29,109 nt of DNA from a virus (lineage: Duplodnaviria > Caudoviricetes), in the IMG/VR virus record IMGVR_UViG_3300020042_005458, positions 1-29,109 of that record; one strand, written 5' to 3'. Both the position numbers and the translations under genes were made by a program. Below are positions 26,003-29,109 of this stretch, piece by piece (within the stretch, counting starts at the first letter, position 1; each line of letters opens with the position of its first letter). Under the pieces are notes generated by a model. The model did not search any database. It had not been told where the DNA came from and worked only from the letters and a program-made list of their open reading frames with translations.

Positions 26003-26141
26003 TCTGGTCAAAATCTGGTCAAAATCTGGTTGCACATTCTGGTCAAAATCTGGTTGAAAAGTTTGGTCTTCTCACACACAAATTCTGGTCAAAATCTGGT
26101 CAGAAAATCTGGTTGAAAAATCTGGGGCGCAATTTGGGGTC
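26001..26141 (+). repeat. Tandem array of about 11-bp AAAATCTGGT(C/T) units
   Basis: TCTGGT cores at 26003, 26014, 26025, 26038, 26049, 26084, 26095 and 26108, plus three degenerate units. Confidence 0.9.
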
Positions 26142-26169
26142 AAAAGCCTATCCGAACATTTGTTCGTTT

Positions 26170-26270
26170 ATAACGAATTGGTAACGATAACCTAAAACGC
26201 TTGTTTTGTTGCGTGTCTGGCGTGTTAGTGTCTCTATAACCGCTAGGGAAGCGGGGAAAGATAGGAAAAA
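26170..26270 (+). promoter_or_regulatory. Cassette 1 control region: box, promoter, leader hairpin, RBS
   Basis: ATAAC-gaattg-GTAAC 26170-85; TTGTTT 26201 and TAGTGT 26226; hairpin CCGCT-AGGGA-AGCGG 26240-54. Confidence 0.55.
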
Positions 26271-26444
26271 ATGGAACGCTCTTATAATTTAGAAGAATGT
26301 AATCAACCAATACCCGAAACTGTAACGGCAAGTTACAAAACCTTTGGCGGGTATACCGCTACCTGTTCTAAATGCTCTTTTGTTTGCGGGTATTGGGAAT
26401 GTGCTTGCGAATTGGAACACGATTGCGATGATTACGATAAATAA
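26271..26444 (+). CDS. Small Cys-rich protein (57 aa)
   Basis: Read manually: MERSYNLEEC..CSKCSFVCGYWECACELEHDC..; AGGA RBS. Confidence 0.65.
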   Translation: MERSYNLEECNQPIPETVTASYKTFGGYTATCSKCSFVCGYWECACELEHDCDDYDK

Positions 26445-26546
26445 CAAATTGGTAACGAAATAAAAAATAGTCTTGACAAGTTGCTTACAGGCGATAAAGT
26501 CAATTTATCTGGCAAGGGAAAAGCCAGCAAACAGAAAAGGGAAAAA
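26441..26546 (+). promoter_or_regulatory. Cassette 2 control region with near-consensus sigma-70 promoter
   Basis: Box 26441-56; TTGACA 26473-78, N16, TAAAGT 26495-500; hairpin CTGGC-AAGGGAAAA-GCCAG 26509-27; GAAAAGGGAAAAAATG. Confidence 0.7.
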
Positions 26547-26861
26547 ATGAGTTACGAAATAAACCGCTCTATCTTTGTTGAAGCGAAAGCCTACTTTGAT
26601 AAAACAGGCGGTAACAGTTATTTTTCTGCCCGTATACATATAGACGGCGTAGAAATGATTAGATTGCCGTTCCAATACGGTTATGAAAGCCAATACCAGT
26701 ATTCGGCTATTCAGGCGTTACAGATTTACGGATACACTACGCCAGAAACAACTAACCTTTTTGGGCTACGCAACGCCGTAGACGGTAAGACGGTTGATGT
26801 TTATACGGCTTTGTCTTGGGTTACTAAGAAAGAAGCAAAACTTTTTGGGGCAGTAAACTAA
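26547..26861 (+). CDS. Hypothetical protein
   Basis: Strong RBS; YFDK.GGNSYFSARI..PFQYGY.SQY. Confidence 0.75.
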   Translation: MSYEINRSIFVEAKAYFDKTGGNSYFSARIHIDGVEMIRLPFQYGYESQYQYSAIQALQIYGYTTPETTNLFGLRNAVDGKTVDVYTALSWVTKKEAKLFGAVN

Positions 26862-27094
26862 TGGCTAGTTATCGTTTACAAGATTGCGAATACAGATTTT
26901 ACGATACCCCCGACACTTATGGGCGTGCTTTAATTTGTATTGGTCAAGCCCCTGAAGAACTAAAAAATAATCCTAGTTTTGATGAACAAGTTTTTTATTA
27001 TGCCGATACAGAAAAACAATTTGAAGAATTATTTACGAAAGAAAGTAAAGAAGATTTTTACTTAATCAAGGAAGATAATGGCGAAAATGTTTAG
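26861..27094 (+). CDS. Hypothetical protein
   Basis: TAATG coupling; DEQVFYY..EDF. Confidence 0.7.
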   Translation: MASYRLQDCEYRFYDTPDTYGRALICIGQAPEELKNNPSFDEQVFYYADTEKQFEELFTKESKEDFYLIKEDNGENV

Positions 27095-27221
27095 TGTTTG
27101 GATAGGCGGGGTAGAAATCAACCAAGTTTATTTAACAAAAAAGGAAGCCTACAAATTAGGAAACTACTACCTAAAGTTAGGTTATGTAGATGTACAACTA
27201 GAGAAAGTAAAAGGGAAATAA
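27078..27221 (+). CDS. Hypothetical protein (47 aa)
   Basis: Read manually: MAKMFSVWIGGVEINQVYLTKKEA..GYVDVQLEKVKGK; AAGGA RBS; stop overlaps the next ATG. Confidence 0.6.
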   Translation: MAKMFSVWIGGVEINQVYLTKKEAYKLGNYYLKLGYVDVQLEKVKGK

Positions 27222-27640
27222 TGAGTAATGTTTCTAAATGTTGTGAAGCCCCGATTTTTTGGGAATTACAAGACGATATTGACATAACATCAGGTATACC
27301 GCTTTGTGAAGTTTGCGGTAAATTACAAAATGATTGCAACCACGAGAAAACGGTTTGCCCTGAACATAAGGGCAGTTTTGATTGCACGCCATTTTGTGCT
27401 AAGTGTGAAGGGGAACAAGAATTTTGCGCCCCTTGTGAAGCAACTACGCAACTACACGAAGCAGTCAAAATGGTTACCGAACACTTAACAGACATAAACG
27501 CACACACTTTAGTGAAAATGATTGACTTTCAATTTTTCGGGTGTGAAGATGAAGTCAAATACGAAGTTATGTCAATGACTTACGAAGTTGCTAAAAACTT
27601 TTTGTATTCAGGAAACCAAGAAGTTTTGGGGCGTAAATAA
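27221..27640 (+). CDS. Cys-rich hypothetical protein (multiple CxxC)
   Basis: AAAGGGAAATAATG start; SKCC.A, CEVC, CPEH.G.FDC..FC.KC.GE and CAPC. Confidence 0.75.
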   Translation: MSNVSKCCEAPIFWELQDDIDITSGIPLCEVCGKLQNDCNHEKTVCPEHKGSFDCTPFCAKCEGEQEFCAPCEATTQLHEAVKMVTEHLTDINAHTLVKMIDFQFFGCEDEVKYEVMSMTYEVAKNFLYSGNQEVLGRK

Positions 27641-27876
27641 TGACTACTAAAAGTTATGACTTGACCCCCGAAGATTTGGAAGCAAAACGCCTAGAGATTG
27701 AACAAAGGCTAATTGCTTTGAAGCGTGAAGCGTTGAAAGCAAAATGGCTTACGGCGTGGCAGATTACTAAAGCCGTTTTGTTCCCGCTTGTTGTTATTGT
27801 TGGGGCGGTAGGTTTTGTTGTGTTCGGGGCTCTGTTCGCTATTTTGGCGGAAAGTTTTAAACGAGTAACTAAGTAA
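27640..27876 (+). CDS. Coiled-coil plus TM membrane protein
   Basis: TAATG coupling; hydrophobic VLFPLVVIVGAVGFVVFGALFAIL. Confidence 0.7.
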   Translation: MTTKSYDLTPEDLEAKRLEIEQRLIALKREALKAKWLTAWQITKAVLFPLVVIVGAVGFVVFGALFAILAESFKRVTK

Positions 27877-27889
27877 AGGAAAAGGGAAA

Positions 27890-28075
27890 ATGAAAAAGTA
27901 TGATGTAGAAGTATTGAGTGAAGTTACACACACTTATAAAGTTAGGGTAACTGCCGAAAGTGAAGAAAAAGCGGGAGAATTAGCGCTTGAACAAGTTTGT
28001 TCTGGGGATTATGACCCTGAAACATCTTGTGTCAATTCTGATACGGTTTGGGAAACTAAGGAAGTGAAAGAATGA
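27890..28075 (+). CDS. Hypothetical protein, DpnD/PcfM-like
   Basis: K.Y.VEV..E......V.V.AESEE.A..LA pattern; AAAAGGGAAAATG RBS. Confidence 0.6.
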   Translation: MKKYDVEVLSEVTHTYKVRVTAESEEKAGELALEQVCSGDYDPETSCVNSDTVWETKEVKE

Positions 28076-28335
28076 GTGCTACTAAAGAATTTTTGTATGA
28101 AGTTCAGGAATTTGTTTGGTTGATAGAGTTTGCGCCGATTACTTTTCGGCAACGGGGTAAAGCCCGTGAACTTATGGTAATTTTTTGGACTGATGACGGG
28201 TCAAGGGAAGTAGACCCTGATGAGTTTAACGGCTGGTATAACACGGCTTACGAGTTGATAGAAGAGCAGGGCGGTGTTGATTGGGCTTGTGATAGGGAAG
28301 CCGAAAGGTTGCTAAGTTGGGTTCAAGCCGCTTAA
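28072..28335 (+). CDS. Hypothetical protein
   Basis: ATGA overlap with the previous gene; open 87-aa frame. Confidence 0.65.
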   Translation: MSATKEFLYEVQEFVWLIEFAPITFRQRGKARELMVIFWTDDGSREVDPDEFNGWYNTAYELIEEQGGVDWACDREAERLLSWVQAA

Positions 28336-28338
28336 ACC

Positions 28339-28433
28339 GTTACCGTTTCGTTATCTAAAACACTTGACTAACCGTGTCGAAAATGTTAGACTGGGTTTAT
28401 CAGGTTAAGGGAACTTGATAGAAAAGGGAAAAA
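28339..28433 (+). promoter_or_regulatory. Cassette 3 control region with near-consensus sigma-70 promoter
   Basis: GTTAC-cgtttc-GTTAT 28339-54; TTGACT 28364-69, N17, TAGACT 28387-92; hairpin 28398-420; GAAAAGGGAAAAAATG. Confidence 0.72.
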
Positions 28434-28613
28434 ATGAAAAAGCAAGAACTAGTAACTACTTACCGTAAATACAACATTTACGAAACCGCAACAGGTTATA
28501 AAGTGGCTTCGCAGAATACCAGATACGCAACCTTAGAAGATGCGTTTGATTTCGTTGATTACACTTGGAACAAGTATTTCAAGCCAGCCATTCACCCGCC
28601 ACTAGAGCGCTAA
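28434..28613 (+). CDS. Hypothetical protein (59 aa)
   Basis: Read manually: MKKQELVTTYRKYNIYE..YATLEDAFDFVDY..; strong RBS. Confidence 0.7.
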   Translation: MKKQELVTTYRKYNIYETATGYKVASQNTRYATLEDAFDFVDYTWNKYFKPAIHPPLER

Positions 28614-28625
28614 CCTAATCGGGAA

Positions 28626-28653
28626 GCCCCGTAGTCTTTACGGGTTGCGGGGT
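28626..28653 (+). terminator. GC-rich intergenic hairpin (terminator or processing site)
   Basis: GCCCCGTAGTC-tttacg-GGTTGCGGGGT with several G-U pairs and a weak U-tract. Confidence 0.45.
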
Positions 28654-28680
28654 TCACCCTTTACCAGAAAGAAAAACAAA

Positions 28681-28884
28681 ATGGAGAAAATAACAATTAC
28701 CCTAACTGTCTCGTACAAATTCAAAGGGCAACTACTTAAAGAGTATTTGGAATGGCTAGACGATTACAAAGACACTCTAAAAATGCGTAAGGCGTTCGCT
28801 CTTGACCGTTTTGCCCCTAGAGATTGGCGACAGATTTTAGACCAGAAAGCCAAAATAACCGTTACCAATTCGTTATCAAAATAG
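28681..28884 (+). CDS. Hypothetical protein
   Basis: ATG 28681 after an A-rich leader; 67-aa open frame. Confidence 0.6.
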   Translation: MEKITITLTVSYKFKGQLLKEYLEWLDDYKDTLKMRKAFALDRFAPRDWRQILDQKAKITVTNSLSK

Positions 28885-28954
28885 GTTGGGCAATACTGCC
28901 TAACCTGATTGAATAGTTACAGGCAGAAAGACTGCCAGAAAGAAAAGGGAAAAA
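28861..28954 (+). promoter_or_regulatory. Cassette 4 control region
   Basis: GTTAC-caattc-GTTAT 28861-76; TTGGGC 28886 at the same 9-bp offset as in cassette 3; hairpin GGCAG-AAAGA-CTGCC 28922-36; GAAAAGGGAAAAAATG. Confidence 0.55.
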
Positions 28955-29107
28955 ATGAACGACAAAGAAAAAGAACAAGTTGTAGCAGAGATAGAAATCA
29001 TAGACACTATTTTGAATACAATTCCAGAGACCGATAAGGCTAGTCCCGAAACTAGGGCTTGGCTTGATGACCATTTCAAAATTATTAAAGAATTGGGGAT
29101 TTTGTAA
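28955..29107 (+). CDS. Hypothetical protein (50 aa)
   Basis: Read manually: MNDKEKEQVVAEIEIIDTILNTIP..KELGIL; strong RBS. Confidence 0.65.
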   Translation: MNDKEKEQVVAEIEIIDTILNTIPETDKASPETRAWLDDHFKIIKELGIL

Positions 29108-29109
29108 TG

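Noticed and set aside
26001-26141. CRISPR array
   Set aside because: Units are about 11 bp and contiguous, with no unique spacers and no cas genes.
28883-28906. Hairpin AGGTTGGGCA-atac-TGCCTAACCT as a terminator
   Set aside because: It has no U-tract and overlaps the predicted -35 and spacer of cassette 4, so its role is ambiguous and it was not called.
1-29109. Stop-codon reassignment, introns or inteins
   Set aside because: Core genes are full length under the standard code, and TAA, TAG and TGA all end genes. DnaB, portal and capsid show no insertions.
1-29109. tRNA genes, integrase or attP
   Set aside because: No cloverleaf or T-loop motif was seen in the short intergenic gaps, and no recombinase ORF. 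Lifestyle cannot be determined because the genome is incomplete.

Overview
This is most of the genome of an HK97-type, long-tailed (siphovirus-like) dsDNA phage. A whiB-like gene and nrdH point to an actinobacterial host, and GC content looks low for Actinobacteria by eye. Gene order: terminase large subunit C-terminus, portal, prohead protease, major capsid, a glycosylation cassette (GT4-like, GT2-like, cytidylyltransferase), head-tail and tail genes (with a -1 frameshifted tail chaperone), M23 endolysin and holin, whiB on the minus strand, recombination and replication genes (YqaJ nuclease, putative SSAP, HNH, HTH initiator, DnaB, SSB, RusA, NrdH), a metallophosphoesterase, a sugar-nucleotide cluster (nucleotidyltransferase, PMI-like cupin, PMM-like HAD), a second HNH, an 11-bp TCTGGT repeat array, and an A-rich region of small-ORF expression cassettes. 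The most notable observations are: (1) a split but plausibly complete phage-encoded sugar activation and virion glycosylation system; (2) a GTTAY-N6-GTTAY box at set distances upstream of six promoter-like sequences; (3) cassette leaders with AGGGA-loop hairpins; (4) twin hairpins in the capsid 5' UTR; (5) the polar repeat array. The first 138 bp are an inverted copy of terL and are probably an artifact. No integrase, tRNA or CRISPR array was seen. All assignments come from motif recognition by eye; no searches were run.
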